Shown in pieces: positions 27,131 through 41,958 of a stretch of DNA of 64,000 bases. The notes beneath the pieces are model-generated. The model was not told the DNA's origin, did not search any database, and saw only the letters and a list, made by a program, of their open reading frames with translations. The position numbers were made by a program, and so were the translations under genes. Source of the stretch: Octopus bimaculoides (Eukaryota). The stretch covers positions 15,254,503 through 15,318,502 of the forward strand of contig NC_068981.1 in the NCBI RefSeq assembly GCF_001194135.2, in the 5' to 3' direction. Numbering within the stretch: the first letter of the stretch is position 1; each line of letters opens with the position of its first letter.

Positions 27131-27849
27131 TTTAGGTGACAAATATACTTCACGATGTCGTGCTGCTACTGTTTGTACTTCGCTCAGAGATATATTATTA
27201 CAACTATCAGTATTTGACATGTATAAATGTCTATGATATCTTGTAAACATATTCAAGCATCATGATCAGCGTATTCACCAGAGCAGATTCTCAGGCTGAC
27301 ATAAATATGTCAAATCTCACCACCAGCTGAATGTTTTATTTATAGACGGCATGAAATGGGATTTATTTTAATTGTTGTCACATGTCATTGGCTGGAAGTA
27401 ATCACTGCACTGGAAGCTAACAGAACAATAGTAGTTGTTGCACGTATGTGGTATATGGCATTTTAGACGTGATTAACCTGTATTTTAACTGCGTCTTCTT
27501 ACTACATCAATCGGTCTGTTCTTCCTCTTCGAATTCGCTACTGGGCGATTTTAAGAAAGTTTGGTTTCTACTTTTTAAACGGTATGTTTTCGTGCGGCAA
27601 GTGGAGCCTATCAACAGCTCTGCAATTATTTCTAGTTGAAGTGGATATAATACAATGAAGGTGAGAAGGTTGGAACTATTTTAAGCATCTGTATAATACA
27701 CTATGTCATTAAATATCGATAATAAGTTTGAATATATTGGTCGAGATATTGGTTGCTTTCGACTAATGTATTACAACTCTATAACCCCATCCATTACGCC
27801 CTTAAACTAACCCCCATGCTCTTTATTCTTCACCTCTTTCTCAACATTA

Positions 27850-28075
27850 TTTTGGAGTTTAAAATACGCCGGTCTCAACTTTGCGTTTCATCATTTAGGC
27901 GTTGAATAAATAAAGTACTTATCAAGTGGACAAGAACCATCATATCTTCCAGCTCCTTCGTTTTCAACCTAAATTAGAAACAATCATTGAAAAGCGATAT
28001 ACTTGCTCAGTTGGTAGGAAAATAACCTGCAGTATTTCTTCAAACACCACCGAGTTCGACTTGGCTTTCCATGAC
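27850..28075 (+). mobile_element. degraded family-B SINE remnants
   Basis: GAGTTTAAAATACGCCGGTCTCAACTTTGCGTTTCATCATTTAGGCGTTGAATAAATAAAGTAC matches the family-B core. Confidence 0.45.
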
Positions 28076-28216
28076 CAGTATTAAACAATATCACACAAGG
28101 GTGATGCATTTAGCTAGCTTTTACTCTTGTGCTCACAATGTGAACAGTTCATAGTGTAGCTTACAGTAATATGTATGACTTAGTCGGCATAGTATCGCAG
28201 ATAATTGTCGGTCATT

Positions 28217-29427
28217 GTAGGTAGCTTGATAAGTTTTTTTCGGATTGTCAATGATGTTACTTAGCAACTTGTAATCTCCCTGTTATATCATAAATTTTAT
28301 AGAACATGACGTCTAATCGTGGCTGAACTGTGCATTCTCTATTTCATATCTAACATAAACATCGATTATTTATCGTTTTTTTTTCTATTTAAGGCTTTGA
28401 TAAATGGTGAAAACATTGCAAAAACTTAATGATGTGGAAGGTCAAAGAACTGTTAAAGATCGTGTGTTACTTCTTCAGACATTTCAAGGAAGTTGACACC
28501 AGCCTCGAAGGCAAACCAAAGTCATGGAGACCTTCTATTGTGGAAAAGGAGGTCTTGCTTAATGTGGTTGAACAAGAGTCAAGCGCAAGCACTCGTACGT
28601 TTTCATCAGAACTTGGTCTTTCAAAAATCACCAGCACTCCATAAACCCATAAGCTCGGCACTGTGAACAGATACTCTCGAGAAGTTCTCATTCAACTAAC
28701 TAATGATCAGGCTCAATTATATGTGAATATCTGTAGGTAACTGCTGGTCAATCCCTGAAATGTCAGTTGCGGCCGTCGAATTTTAACTGAGGAGGGAACA
28801 AGGAACAGTTTTCAGAAACCTAATGACAGAAACCATTGCTTACGTTCTGGTCAGGCTTCAGAACCTGTCGTCAAACAACAGAGGTTTGAACAGAATATCA
28901 TGTGTTTTTAGTGGAATTACGTGGGGGTTTTTACTCTTTGAGTTTGTCCCACTTGGTCATTACGTGAACGCTAACGTTTCTGCTCAATAAATGCAGTGGG
29001 TATACGATTATTCTAATGCCCGCTATGTGTCATTGGTCAATTGAAGACACACACTCCTAAATCATGAAAATTCTTAGATAGACAATTCCAGTGTCACCGA
29101 GTGCAAACTTGAGGAAGATGAGGGGCTGAAGTGCTGCTTCACCTTGCCTACATTCCATACATTTTACAATCAGATTCCAACATTTTCCAAGCCGTGACTC
29201 ATTTTCTGCACTGACGGAAGTTCAACACTATCGATGAAATTGCACACAAGTGCAAGTACTTTTGGCCTCTTAAATGAGCGCAGTGTTACAACCGTGGAAT
29301 TAAGAGTTTCTGACACAACGATGGCAACAGACAATAGAATATGATGGGATGTATTTTTGCATATGTAAATTATTTGAAAAATTAATCAAAACATGAAATG
29401 CGAAAACACTTTTGACATAGCCTCTTA
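28217..29427 (+). mobile_element. mariner-family DNA transposon, decayed, near full length (~1.2 kb)
   Basis: HTH region FFRHFKEVDTSLEGKPKSWRPS...SSASTRTFSSELGLS, plus RILTEEG (RIVTxDE-like), LLNHENS (LLHDNA-like) and a degenerate HPPYSPDLAPSD region. Degenerate inverted ends at ~28217-28246 and ~29396-29427 (AAGTTTTTTTCGGATT vs rc AAGTGTTTTCGCATT). Confidence 0.85.
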
Positions 29428-30209
29428 TGCTATTTAATTTCCTTAAATTCCGAGTTCATAAGCAACCAAAGCTATCTTTGCTTTCCACTCTTCGAGGTTG
29501 TTAAAAGGTTCTGCGTAAGTATTTGAGTAAAAGTAACCATCGTGTATGTATGGTAGACATAATTATGAGGGTATGACTTGGTAGACCCGCATGACTATTG
29601 GACAAAATATTATGCGACAATCAGTCACGCCTATTAAAGTTGTGATTTTGAATGCCACTAGGTGCTTCCTGGCCTATCAAATATTCTGGTCTTGTTGAAA
29701 TATGTACTTATCAAGTACTGCATTTCAATATCATACAGTATTGCTACATCACTCATTTCCTTCCATGTGCGCATGTAGGAAATCAATATTTCTACCTCGC
29801 ATCATCACAATATTCATGAGTTAATCACTCGTCTACTTATATACTTCCTACAAATTGATTTGCAACTAACTACTAATTTTCCATTCTACATTGCAACGAT
29901 CTTCTTGTTCTTTTATGTCCGTCTATTTATTCTCGCATTACACCTGAAACTCTTTGGAAAACAACTCCAAACCATATCTTACCAACTCTGAAGTAATATC
30001 AATGCTAGCTTAGAAAACACCATGTGTCAGGTGATTCTGAATTAAAATATCATCTAGCTTTTGTATTTAACTATCTGCGAGTGACGGTTTTCTACACATA
30101 ATCCATTGAAGATTCTAAGTGTAGTAAAATGGCTTTCAACGTTTACTTGTCTTGAACACAGGCTTTCATGCAATATAAGTTAGCTGGAACATGGGAACAT
30201 CATAACTTT

Positions 30210-30210
30210 T

Positions 30211-30285
<75 letters not shown>

Positions 30286-30305
30286 ATGCTGCTGATGCTA
30301 CCACT
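30210..30305. repeat. compound (ACT)n(GCT)n microsatellite
   Basis: Seen directly. It gives a spurious poly-T/poly-A ORF. Confidence 0.95.
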
Positions 30306-31479
30306 ACTGCATACGAAATTTGTTCTTGTGTCGAATATGCCGTTCGAGTGTCGGTTTGTTGATCCACAACGAATTCACTAATTCATATTTGTGACGCCGA
30401 TATGTTACCGAAAAAGACATCACAACAAAAGATTCTCCTTCGTTTCATTTAATTTATTTGGAAGGTCTCATTCTGGAGGTGGCTTCGCTTTTCATTTCTC
30501 CGATGTTCATGTACGTTCACTAATATTTCCCCTATCTAACTCTGTCGAATATACCCATCACCTTACAATGCCTCATATTTTGCAAAGACAAAAGAAAGTA
30601 ATGTTAATACACATTAAATAATCATCATTTCAAAAATATTATCTCTCGGTACAATAGGTTCCTATATATTTGTCTGTATAAGACAGAGATAATAATGTTT
30701 GTGACAGCTTTCGAAATACAATTGATTTTATTAATTATATTTTATCCTTAATGTTTCTGCAAAATATCGATTTAGGTTATTAATTTTGAAAATGATGCAC
30801 ATTTTAGCTAGATGACAACAAAATGATTGGCAAACGGGAGCCATCTTCTTTAAAAAAAATATTGCGTAAACAAAACAAGAGAAATAGGCATTGATGTTGG
30901 GTTTTAATATGAAGAGAGGTTTTAGAGACAAGGAATGCATTGTCTCTTGTTTCACTTTGTTATCACCAAACAATTGTTTTCTCTTAGGAAAGGAATAGAA
31001 TAACGTTTCATAGAGAGAATAAACGAAAATGAACGTCTTCCCTGTGAAAAATATTAAGTAGATTTTCAGCGTTTCTAACGAGCAAAACGGAATCATATCA
31101 AATTTAGAAACAACCTCTTCTGCACTTCCTAGGCAACATACTTCAGTGAACTTCATATATATACTTCGTATATAAAGCCTGACCTTAACGTAATGTCCAT
31201 ATCAGAAATAAATATCAACAAGAAAATTGTATGGTGTCCAGGCCCTGTTATTTTCTAAAATTATGTGTAAGGATTCGTCGCTGCACTACCATTTCCTGCA
31301 TAACAATCTATTAAACCCATTTCATTCACATTTCTATAATTTGCATTCATTATGAAAATGAATGACATTCATGTGTCCACATATATGACATTATCATATG
31401 ACCGCATACTGAATAACGATTTAGTAAATTCCGGGCTTCCTATAAACACATACACGTAAATATGAAAGTGTGTGCGCGT

Positions 31480-31520
<41 letters not shown>

Positions 31521-31779
31521 TTGAATGTGTCTATATGCATTGATGTACATTAAAAAGAAAGGAGGAAAACTGTTAACCTATTCTTCTCTTTATCTTTTTC
31601 ACTTAGAATTTGGGAATAGCAGAACCTTCTGCAATTCTGATGCTATGTATACAACGCCACAATCAAAAAATTTCTTTTTAGCTTCGTTAGTTTGTCTTTA
31701 GAAGACGGTAAATCAATAACACCATGGTCTTTCAATTTACAAAATAAATAAAAGTAACAGTTGAAAAAGGTAGCTGAAT

Positions 31780-32700
31780 ATTAACAAGTATCCAAGAATC
31801 GAAGTTGTGCGTAATCGAAACTGTGTGTATTCATTATACAGTTTCAGCCATGTTCAACATCTAAAATTTTGAGGCATTAGTGAAAATCACACAATAAACT
31901 ATAATAATTAAGGGAAAATTTGGTTTCCTTTACTGACAAAGCAACGCACTGTGGTAAGATACCCATTCAGAAGAACTATGTAATGATTCAGTCAGAGTCT
32001 TTTCGTTCAGAACCATGTTTACACCTTGTCTGAAATTTACACTATGATTCTCAATAGAGTTAAACTAATAGGCTTGCAGATTTGACCAATGCTAGCATTG
32101 CGATTTATTATTCTATTGTTATAAATCAGCGACCATTCAAATTCTGGGTGCAATGTATATAGATCCATGATGCTAAAGACCAACTGAATGTATAGAAACC
32201 TTTGAAATTGTCATAAAAACAAGCTGCATTAGTCGCATACACGGACATAAGGATTCAAATCTATATAATTTAAATATAAAAAGTCTATAGTTGTAAATAA
32301 AAAAAATCTCTCTGCAATAAATTCGTTAGCTGGCACTGGTGGAGTTGGGGAACAAATAGAATATATAACGTATTTATGACTGCTCTTTCCAAACATTTTT
32401 GATAATGTACTGATTATTGTTTCATATGCATAGTTTGCATTGAAAATACACTCTAGCATACGGGTGACAATGTAATCCCATTTCGAAAAGGGATTTGCAA
32501 TTGTACACCTTGTAACGAATGACTCCAGCAGTATTCGAAGCGCAAGGTATCGAGTCTATTTTCCTTAGGCTACTTAGGTTATCTATGAAGAATTTTATCC
32601 AAACCTCCATGAATGATGTTGTTTGCTTGCAAATAATTATTATCTAACCAAACATTCTTAAAGTTTCAAAGCTAGTTCTATAGGCATATAGTAATCGAAT
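31780..32700 (-). mobile_element. heavily decayed Penelope-like RT/GIY-YIG remnant
   Basis: Minus-strand fragments SFMEVWIKFF, LFEMGLHCHPYARVYF and TIDFLYLNYIDLNP, followed by an IVYCVIF...AET-like segment, occur in the order expected for a PLE RT then endonuclease. Each motif is weak. Confidence 0.3.
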
Positions 32701-34519
32701 ATATTCCAATATATCGAGCTAGGTTGGAGAAAAGTAATTATTATGCGACTCGCTACACAACATATATGTTAAAAAATAAGTAAAGAATATTTTGTACAGC
32801 GCTCTATTAGTTCTGCTATCTCATCATTGTAAAACCATAAGATGTTTGTAAATTGGAAAGATATACATCAAGAATAATCTCAAGATTTTTCTAAGAGGAG
32901 GGAAATCAGTTTTGAAACAGATAACATCTCGATATCTATAGATCATTGTGTCAGTAATACAGGCTTTATTATACTTACGTATAAAAACTCATTTTTCACT
33001 TTCGAATGAAAATTCAAAGCAATTTTTGTGGTAAAATACAGAAGGGAATGTAATACAAAACATTAACTGCAAAATTTGCGCATTTTGGCTTGCTAGAAAA
33101 CACATTACCATAAAATGCTACACCCTTACACTTCATCTCATTAAGCAGAGCATTATATATGTATTATCGATGAATTTGGCTTTCAAGGAAAAAATATCGA
33201 TTCAAAATGGATACTTGATCTGCATGTAACATTATTAGAGTATCTTTGAAAACACTTTATTACATACTACAATTCACTAGACGTCGTTCTCTTTTTTTAT
33301 AAAAATAAAAGTAATAAGAAAATTTCACTTTGCACATTGTCTCCCTCTCTGTCTGTCTTTCTCTCTTTCTCTGTTTCAGTGGAGATATCCATGAAACTAA
33401 TTATTTACGTAACCAATTAAATAATTCACCTGTGTTTATATATTTATTGAATCTTTGAAATATAACTGCAAAATTTGCGCATTTTGTCTAAGAAGTGTAT
33501 ATTTCTAAAATGTGTGGACAATTTCATATTTTTCCCTAGAAATATTACCAGCAATACACGTCAGCTTATCCCGAGATACTTAGTCTTTACTTTTGTCAAT
33601 TCGGCTCTGTTAAATATGCATTTTAGTATGAATGATTTCTAATTATAATGTGGTCATTAATCCTTAGTACATCTCTTTGATAAACGAACTTATTCAAATA
33701 TCCTCTTTCCTAGATATATGTGATGTTCTGCAAAACGAAAATAAAATCAATATCTTGATATTATGTAAATCTATATTCAAGGAAAACATAATTTATCTAC
33801 ATTTTCTAATGCTGGAATTAAAGTTAATTTTAGAACTTAGAAGCTTAACAGTTTCAATTACAATAATCAATATATTTTCTACTTGCTTGAGTACTACACA
33901 TGATAAAACACGAATGAAAGCATTTCAGCTTTTGTTTTCTCTTTCAAAAGATTTAGTTCAACATTTGGGGTTAAACATGCGTTAGAGTCGATAAAATATT
34001 GGGTTATGATGCATTGTGGTACGACACCTCAGAAGTGATGTGCAACGAATGCTATGAAAATCAAACAACGTTGAATTTACTTTGAATTTCAAGTATGAAA
34101 TAATGATATTTAATGTAAACTCTGGGAAGATAGTTTATTTGTTAACATCATATGTAGTACATCATTTACTAAAGATTAGTATATATTATATTAGATAGAT
34201 CATTTGTTACCCTCATTTGTAGTGCATCATTTACTAAAGATTAAGCTATATTATATTACTGGTATTCTATGCGAGGCTCCCTACGGAGGCCGACAGGTTA
34301 TGTGCATTGGAAACACTGATTAGATCACTCATGCGCAGCTAACTGTCGGATATGTCAATATCCCAAACACGAAAAATGTTGGTGACCTTTTTTAATGGGT
34401 TTATAACTAAATCCCTTACACTATTTTATTGAACTATGTAGGAGTGGCAGAAGTTACTAGAATATTAGGCGCTGGTCAAAGGAAGAAAAGAGCAAATGAG
34501 GAAATGGAGACGAGAAAAT

Positions 34520-34932
34520 AATGTGACACTGGGGTACAAATATACGAAGTCCAGTATACTCACCATGACTACCCGTTTGCAAGGAGTACAACAAGCAAAT
34601 GTTGCCCATACCACTCAAATGGTCTATGAACAAGCTTCGTTTAACGATGATAAAAGAATGAACCACGTTTCCAGAGATGAGTTATTCAAACCCGAAAGAA
34701 TTTCTCTGAACATATGACCATGATGCTCCCCCAACATCATTCCTACTCTTGATCAGAAATGCACATATCATCAGCCAGTAAGGAAATGCTCAGCTGGTTA
34801 AGGTTAAGCAACTGACAAGCAAATCTGTGGTATTGAGCAGAATATTTGCTGTAGCCTGTCTTTTACATCAACATGGAAACACTTCTAATGAGCTACGAAC
34901 AGAAGCCATGAGAGCCACTGCTTGGTATTGCA
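34520..34932 (-). mobile_element. non-coding interspersed repeat, same family as 56446-57005
   Basis: Reverse complement CAGTGGCTCTCATGGCTTCTG...GGCTACAGCAAATATTCTGCTCAATACCACAGATTTGCTTGTCAGTTG...CTTCGTATATTTGTACCCCAGTGTCAC aligns with the 56.4-57.0 kb copy. Confidence 0.8.
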
Positions 34933-34939
34933 TAAATTC

Positions 34940-34983
34940 ATTATTATTATTATTGTTCATTATCATCATCATCATCATCATCA

Positions 34984-35074
<91 letters not shown>

Positions 35075-35075
35075 A
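34940..35075. repeat. compound trinucleotide array (ATT)n(ATC)n(GTC)n(ATC)n
   Basis: Seen directly. It is the source of the poly-I/V and poly-M/T ORFs. Confidence 0.95.
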
Positions 35076-36316
35076 GTGGTGTTCATTGCTAAAATCGAAC
35101 CTCAGTGCCCTTCTGCAGAACCAATTATTTGTTCACATATTTTACGTGTACGCTTTCTCTTTGTTCACCCTACCTGAAGCGCAGTAGAATGATGACTATA
35201 CCAACAACACCGGTATTCATGGTTCTGAGCCTGTGTTAGAAATATTTAAAAAACAAAAACAGAATTTTATTACATTATATTCACGTTTGACTATATGCGA
35301 AATAATGTATGAGAGCAATTTAAAATTAAACTGAATTTTTATTCACTACTTTTTAGAAGAATAGATATCAAATATTAGAAACAAAAGCTAAACAGTGACT
35401 TTGAAACTTACTTAGCATCCGCACGCATCCGATGACGTAAACAATCCGAATCAACTGTTTTCTTGTAAATATATAAGAGGATTACATCAATATCTTCACA
35501 ACTTTATAAATTCTTTACTTTACATTTACAGAGCAAAGAGCTTTCCATTGTTTTGTAGTAGAGTGTGAGACAAAATATAGATTAACATTATGAACAAAAT
35601 ATCAATGGTGTGTGTTTGCAATTTTTGCTAGTGTGTTTTAAATATGCAACATAGATTAAATTCCTATAATACTCAGCTATCATTGCCGTCTTACATATTG
35701 TCTTCTGTCCTACAGTAGTTGCTTACTACTACAAATGTTTTGTTTGTAAAGTCGTGTATTCAATATTATAAAATATTCAAAATAATTAGACTGAAGTCAT
35801 CCTTCGCAGGATATTTAATTAAGAACACTTTTATAATTCAGCATGACCGATAGAAGATCCAATGTCCAGTTTTATGACCGTGAAACTTGATAGACATTCT
35901 AAGTAATAGTAACATGAAATTTCATTTTGTCGCTCACAGTATCTCAGATTGAGGAGATATATTCATTTATAATATTAAGGTTGTACAGTGAAAGATATTC
36001 AGTCCTCTCATTATCTTCCTCCTAACGAAGCTGTTAAATCAATGCTAGGTTTAAAGATTAGCTTCATGCTTGTTTCTATGACAACATATATCAGTATATA
36101 TTAACTGATGTTGGTAGTTCAAAATGATCAAATAGATAAGATGGTATTTATTCCATGCCTAATTTACCAGATGAAATAATAATAAACATTTGCATATCAG
36201 CGTTTATATTCATTGATATATATTTGTACACGCATTCACTTAAGTTCACGCACAAGCTTACACGTCTATATAAACACATATTTGCACACAAATATATATA
36301 TGAGTGTGTGTGAGAG

Positions 36317-36371
<55 letters not shown>

Positions 36372-36941
36372 ATGCGTTTATATGTGAGAACTCTCCATCG
36401 TGGTTTATTACCTCCTCATCGCTCCGCACACACACACACGCATATATATCTATATGTATATACATATATATAGAGAGAGACAACGAGAATAGATGGTGAG
36501 AAAGAGAGAGAGACGGATAGATAGATTGATACGTATGTACGTATGGATGTATGTATGTGTAAGTATATATATAAATATATATATATCGTAAACTATAATT
36601 GCGAACTAAATGTGACGGTCTCACAGAGGACGATGTTACTGTTGTTTTTAGCCGCAAGAGAAGATCTCTTCCAGCTAGCTAGCAACACACTGTCTGTATC
36701 CGCTAAGTATTTGCTTGGGGAAATCATCGTTCCCATCTCTAGCTACACACAGACAGAGATACACCTCTAGATATATCTCTAGATACACATAGACCCAGGT
36801 TTCTGGTTGGTAACCCTTTTCAGTGTGTGATAATCACGAGCTAGTGATGAAAACTCACTCCACATGCAAAATACTATATGAAAACTGTCGTTGGTCCCGA
36901 AAAAGGAGAAAAAAGCAATATGAAGTCTCTGAGCGAGAAGT

Positions 36942-37030
<89 letters not shown>

Positions 37031-37044
37031 TACACACATACACG

Positions 37045-37086
<42 letters not shown>

Positions 37087-37097
37087 TCTCGAACATA

Positions 37098-38520
37098 GGG
37101 AGTAGATTATATAGAGACGACGCTTTGTTTACAATATAAGGTATAAATAGAAAGATAAAAGAAAAAAATATATTTCTTAAAGACTTTAGGCTGGAAACTG
37201 TAATAGAAACGAATCACAGAGTGGTAAATTTCCTAGATGGCAAACTTAGCCTCACCGATGGGAGGTTCAAACCGTTCCATCAGCCAAATGGTCCAACCTT
37301 CCGGAATATATACTGAAAAGCATCCCGAGAAGCGTGTGTAATAGAATATCCAGACTATCCGCTGATGAAAGGATATTCGATATGCATGCCGAAGATTACA
37401 ACTCAGCACTACCTGGTGCGGTATATAATGATAGAATAGTATATAGACAGAATAAGGCAGAGAAGGCACGATGCCCAGAAACCATTATGATCATATAAAT
37501 AACGTCCAAATACCAGAACCTAGAACCTAGAACCCAGAAGCTAGAAACACAGTCAATACAACAGGAACCAAATTGGAAATCAAAAACGATGATACTAAGT
37601 GGTTCAGATTTAAAACAAAACCCACGAAACAGCAACCAAAGTTAAGCAGAAAAGCACCGTTGAAGGCCGATACTAACAACGATAGTAATAACGGTAATAA
37701 AGCAGTAGAAGCAGAGGAAACAAAATACACGAGCAATCCCAAGAGATATATTGAAAGAAATGGGAAAATAAGCGATGTAATTATTTGGTTTAACCCAATC
37801 TTCGATTGAAAAGTATAATCCAGATTACGTTAAGTAATTCCCAGTTTCTTCCAAATATCACAAAATAATCAACAGGCATAATGTAAAATTAGTATAAGCG
37901 ACCTTTCTCAATATAGAATACCACATAATATAATCTAAATAATATAACACTAAACAGAATAAAACAGAAGATGAAATACGAAGCAACGGCGGCTAATAGC
38001 ACTGTATACGACGATGGAATGGTTGCGAATAGGGTAATGAAATGTCATCAGTAGCGAAAATAGACCCAAACAACAAAACACAGTTGAAAGTTCAACCCAT
38101 ACATAAGGGAAATGAGTATAGTATACAGGAGAAAGAAGCGAACGGACCACTAGTAGTAACTCCACAGAAAGAACGGGAAAAAAATATCAAATGTGAGTTG
38201 AGGCAGTTACACAGGTATACGTTTACATTGGTGGTAGCGGACACGCTGTAAAAAAATACTGTGTGAACTTCTTATCTCATTTTCCAATATAAATAAAAGG
38301 CACACCACATCACTATCGAACATCGTCTGGAGGCTCAATAAAAATATACTGGACCATACGACCCACTGGTTAATTATAAAAACGCTGCACAATACAACGG
38401 TACATCACAGATATACAACTTATACCTAGAAGAAACTCTGGAGATTAGTTATCACATCCAAGGAAGACGTGATGAATAGACACTCGGAGGTGATCATATC
38501 ATGTAAACATAACAGAATAG
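37098..38520 (+). mobile_element. Penelope-like retroelement, RT C-half plus GIY-YIG endonuclease, decayed
   Basis: LYRDDA (37107-37124), VVNFLDGKLSL, SIPRSVCNRISRLS, IIWFNPIF, YHKIINRHNVKL, VYVYIGG, SLSNIVWRL, YNLYLEETLEI and MNRHSEV occur in canonical PLE order. Confidence 0.88.
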
Positions 38521-41500
38521 CGACTGCGATCTTAAGAAGTGATCTTCTAGCATATTGACAGACCGGTTATTGGTCAATCTTATATGCACAAGTACTATAA
38601 TCCTTTTAGGATCTCCAATTTTTTTTTTTCCTGAACCTTCTGATTCTTTTAATGTGCTAGTTTCCTGGTATTAAATTGATATTAATTAATATCGAATTTT
38701 TAACATATTATGTTAATTAACCATAATGACATTTCTCAAAGTTGGTAATTTCAAAGCAGAAATTATTTTCTGCAGAGATATTTCCGGATTCAGCGCGCCA
38801 AAACTAAGACTTTTGAATTTTAATCTTTATAATGGATAGAATCACGTGCACGTTTTCACTGGTTGAAGACAACTAGCACGAGATTATGTTCGATTATAAT
38901 AATATCGGCAATTTGTACTGATGATAAATAGACACTTTAATTTGGAAGTGCTGATTTTGAAACTATAGTCTACATATAACCGAGGTATGTATAATTTTCA
39001 CTGGTCTCGCCCGCCTGTTTCCTTATTTGAGAACGCTGTTGGACATGAGTTTATTACTCATACAAGCATATACTCACACACACATACACACATACACTTC
39101 CACACACGCGCGCGCGCACACACACAAAAGGAAAGGGAAACACATGATCATATACAAGCACGCACCACACACACACACGCACGCATACGCACAAAGTCAC
39201 ATATGAAGACTTACATCCATACATACGTACGTATATAATTACACAAACTGAAACACAGATTTAGTCTATTTAGTCATTTTAACTTCCAGAAATTTTAAAC
39301 AAAATATATTTACATTCTTGCTTTGAAAATCCTAACCTCAACGACGTAATCTATATTTCATTTCTCTTATGGGCATTTCTATAGTTTTGTATTGCTATTC
39401 ATTACTCTACATTAGGCATAGAAAAACATACATAATCGACATCGTGTCAAACTGTGACATACAAGTAGATACTGATTTTGATTCAGGGAATAAATCTTTT
39501 TAGGATTTTGTAATGACATATATATCATGAATCTTCTATTTGACTACAGAAACCAAGTTATAACAAAATACACTATATTTCTAGTTTCTTGGAGTAAGTG
39601 TTTTCCTTCTACCACTATATATTTCTTTGTTTTGTTTTGTTGTGTTCATGTAATTACATTAGTTATGTCATCTTTCCTTTCAGCATTGCATTATATGAAT
39701 AATATAAGGAAGTATCATAGAATTTATATAGATTCTTATACATTATACGGCGTTATTATATTTCAGAGATGCGTTTGCCTTAGGGAAAAAAGCACCTTGC
39801 AAACATGTTTTGGATTTAGGATTTATATTGTAGCTAATAAGAATACCTTCTTCAAACAGTTTTCACATGCACTCATCAGGTTGATTAATACAAAGCAAAA
39901 ACTTTTCCTGAAAATTTTGGTTTTCATATTAATCACTGAAGGAGAATAAAAATTCATGTTTACAATCACCCACAATCTAAATCGATGTAGATATGGAAAC
40001 ATTTCAAATTCTGTTGGGTTCACATATGCGAGGCGGAATAAAAGTCGATTATCAATAATTGAGCAATGTTGAAGTATCATTTTGAGCAATGAAGTAGAAG
40101 AGAAGGAATTATGATGTAGTTTTGGTCATATAAAGTTGAGGAGGTCATCATGAGTGGTAAACTGTGCTTATGATGCATAACACCTATGAGTTAAAGAATT
40201 ATTTATGATGAATTTATCTACTTAACTGTGTGTGATGATCCACCTTTAAGCCACAAGAGCAAACTCACAACATATAATACTTTTAAAAGTATCACGCACT
40301 TAAATTTGGTTAACTACAAATATGTAAGTGTGTGGGTTTGTGTATGTGCATGGGTGTATGTGTGTGTGTAATACGTGTGCAAGGGAATTTGCTAATGTGT
40401 TTATCTATTTGCACCAGAATCTTTAAATATATGCATGCTCACGGATACAAACACACACACTCACACACATTGTGCAAGGCATAAATATAAATTCAATAAA
40501 AGTTTGAACTCCTATACAATATTCCCGTGTGAATATTTTAAATGTGAGAACAATCGAATCAGGAAACTTGTACAGATATTTTTTTAAAGCCTTGATGCTT
40601 GTAGATTATGTGATTAATGTTGTTTTTCGTGTTAATTGAAGTCGGGTTATTGTTCATTTAGTTACATTTCCATAAGTTACTATGAGATTTTTGATAACTT
40701 ACTGAACTCCATAAAAATATATTATTATAGTCTAGAGAGAGTGCCTAAAAAAATAAGCTTACACTTAAGAGACTAATATATCTAACAGATCATCATGAGT
40801 GTGCTGCTGTATATATTTCTGTTTCACTTTGTCGGTTTTTTGGTAGGGGCGCAATTTGTAAGAAACCAATTTATTTTAATAATGTGAAATTCAGTTCGTA
40901 TAGCAATTTCTCAATTTCTCCTTATGAAACACATTCGAGTTTTTCTTCGAAAGTATAACTTGAGTATCTGGAACGTGCTTTGTGATATTTGTGTCGGTTT
41001 TCGACGTTCTTGTTCAATTCACGCCTTGGTCAACGTTGCAATTCATTCTTTCGTGGTTAATAAATAAATTACTCATCAAGTACTAGAATCTATTGCCAGC
41101 TCCCTTCAGAAATTTCAGCCCTTGCACCTTATTTATAAACCAATTCATTTTAGAAACCTATTAGTACTGGTGTACATATATATGCCATCGGAAACAATAA
41201 TTTTTCTTCTCTGTTCATTAGCAAAACCATTTAAGAGTAACGTGTGACTGAGAATTATATTAAAAGTGTTAAAGCTTATATTTCAAAATATTCTAGTTTT
41301 GAAAAATTGTATTCTGATACAATAATTGTCATTTCTAAGGAAAAGAGTTCTTTACTCTCGTGTGGAAACCTTAAATTTTCTTGTTTTGTTGACATATGGA
41401 ACCCTCAAAACATTCTGCAATATATACGATCAATCACTTAGGTTTCTTAAACATCGAAAATCTGTAACCTTAATCGGTACGGGGAATGTGAAGATATGGT

Positions 41501-41906
41501 GTTCGTGTTTCCAAACTCTTATAGCTGTAGCAAATTTCATACGTGCTGGAAGAGAAAGTTTAAACTTCCTCCACACGTTTGCAACTTTGTGATACTCGCC
41601 AGTTTGTAAAAACAATATTGTTTTTAAGTATAGTACGTCGAAAACGCATAAGCATTTTCTATAAACGCATAGTACTGATCATTTCTATTAAGCGTGTATA
41701 TTATCTAGTATTTGATGCATTCATATACTCATGATTTAATATCACATAAAAAATATTGTCTCCTGTTATAGCTGCGTCTACGGTGCATATTTATGTATGA
41801 ATATGTGTGTGTACGTATATTTATATGTGTTATGAATATATATGTGCGTAGATGAATACTTACACTCACACACATACATATATATATATACCCATACACA
41901 CATATA

Positions 41907-41958
<52 letters not shown>

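Noticed and set aside
30731-31156. 141-aa minus-strand ATG ORF
   Set aside because: Composition matches AT-rich background (F/L/I/K), with no motif or splice support.
34153-34258. Short direct repeats with spacers (also 18824-18865) as a CRISPR-like array
   Set aside because: Only two units each, in eukaryotic DNA with no cas genes; ordinary slippage duplications.
39527-40089. Overlapping 140-aa (+) and 88-aa (-) ORFs, with a faint GPCR TM7-like N..Y...FR
   Set aside because: No NPxxY-quality motif and no upstream TM series; consistent with random hydrophobic ORFs.
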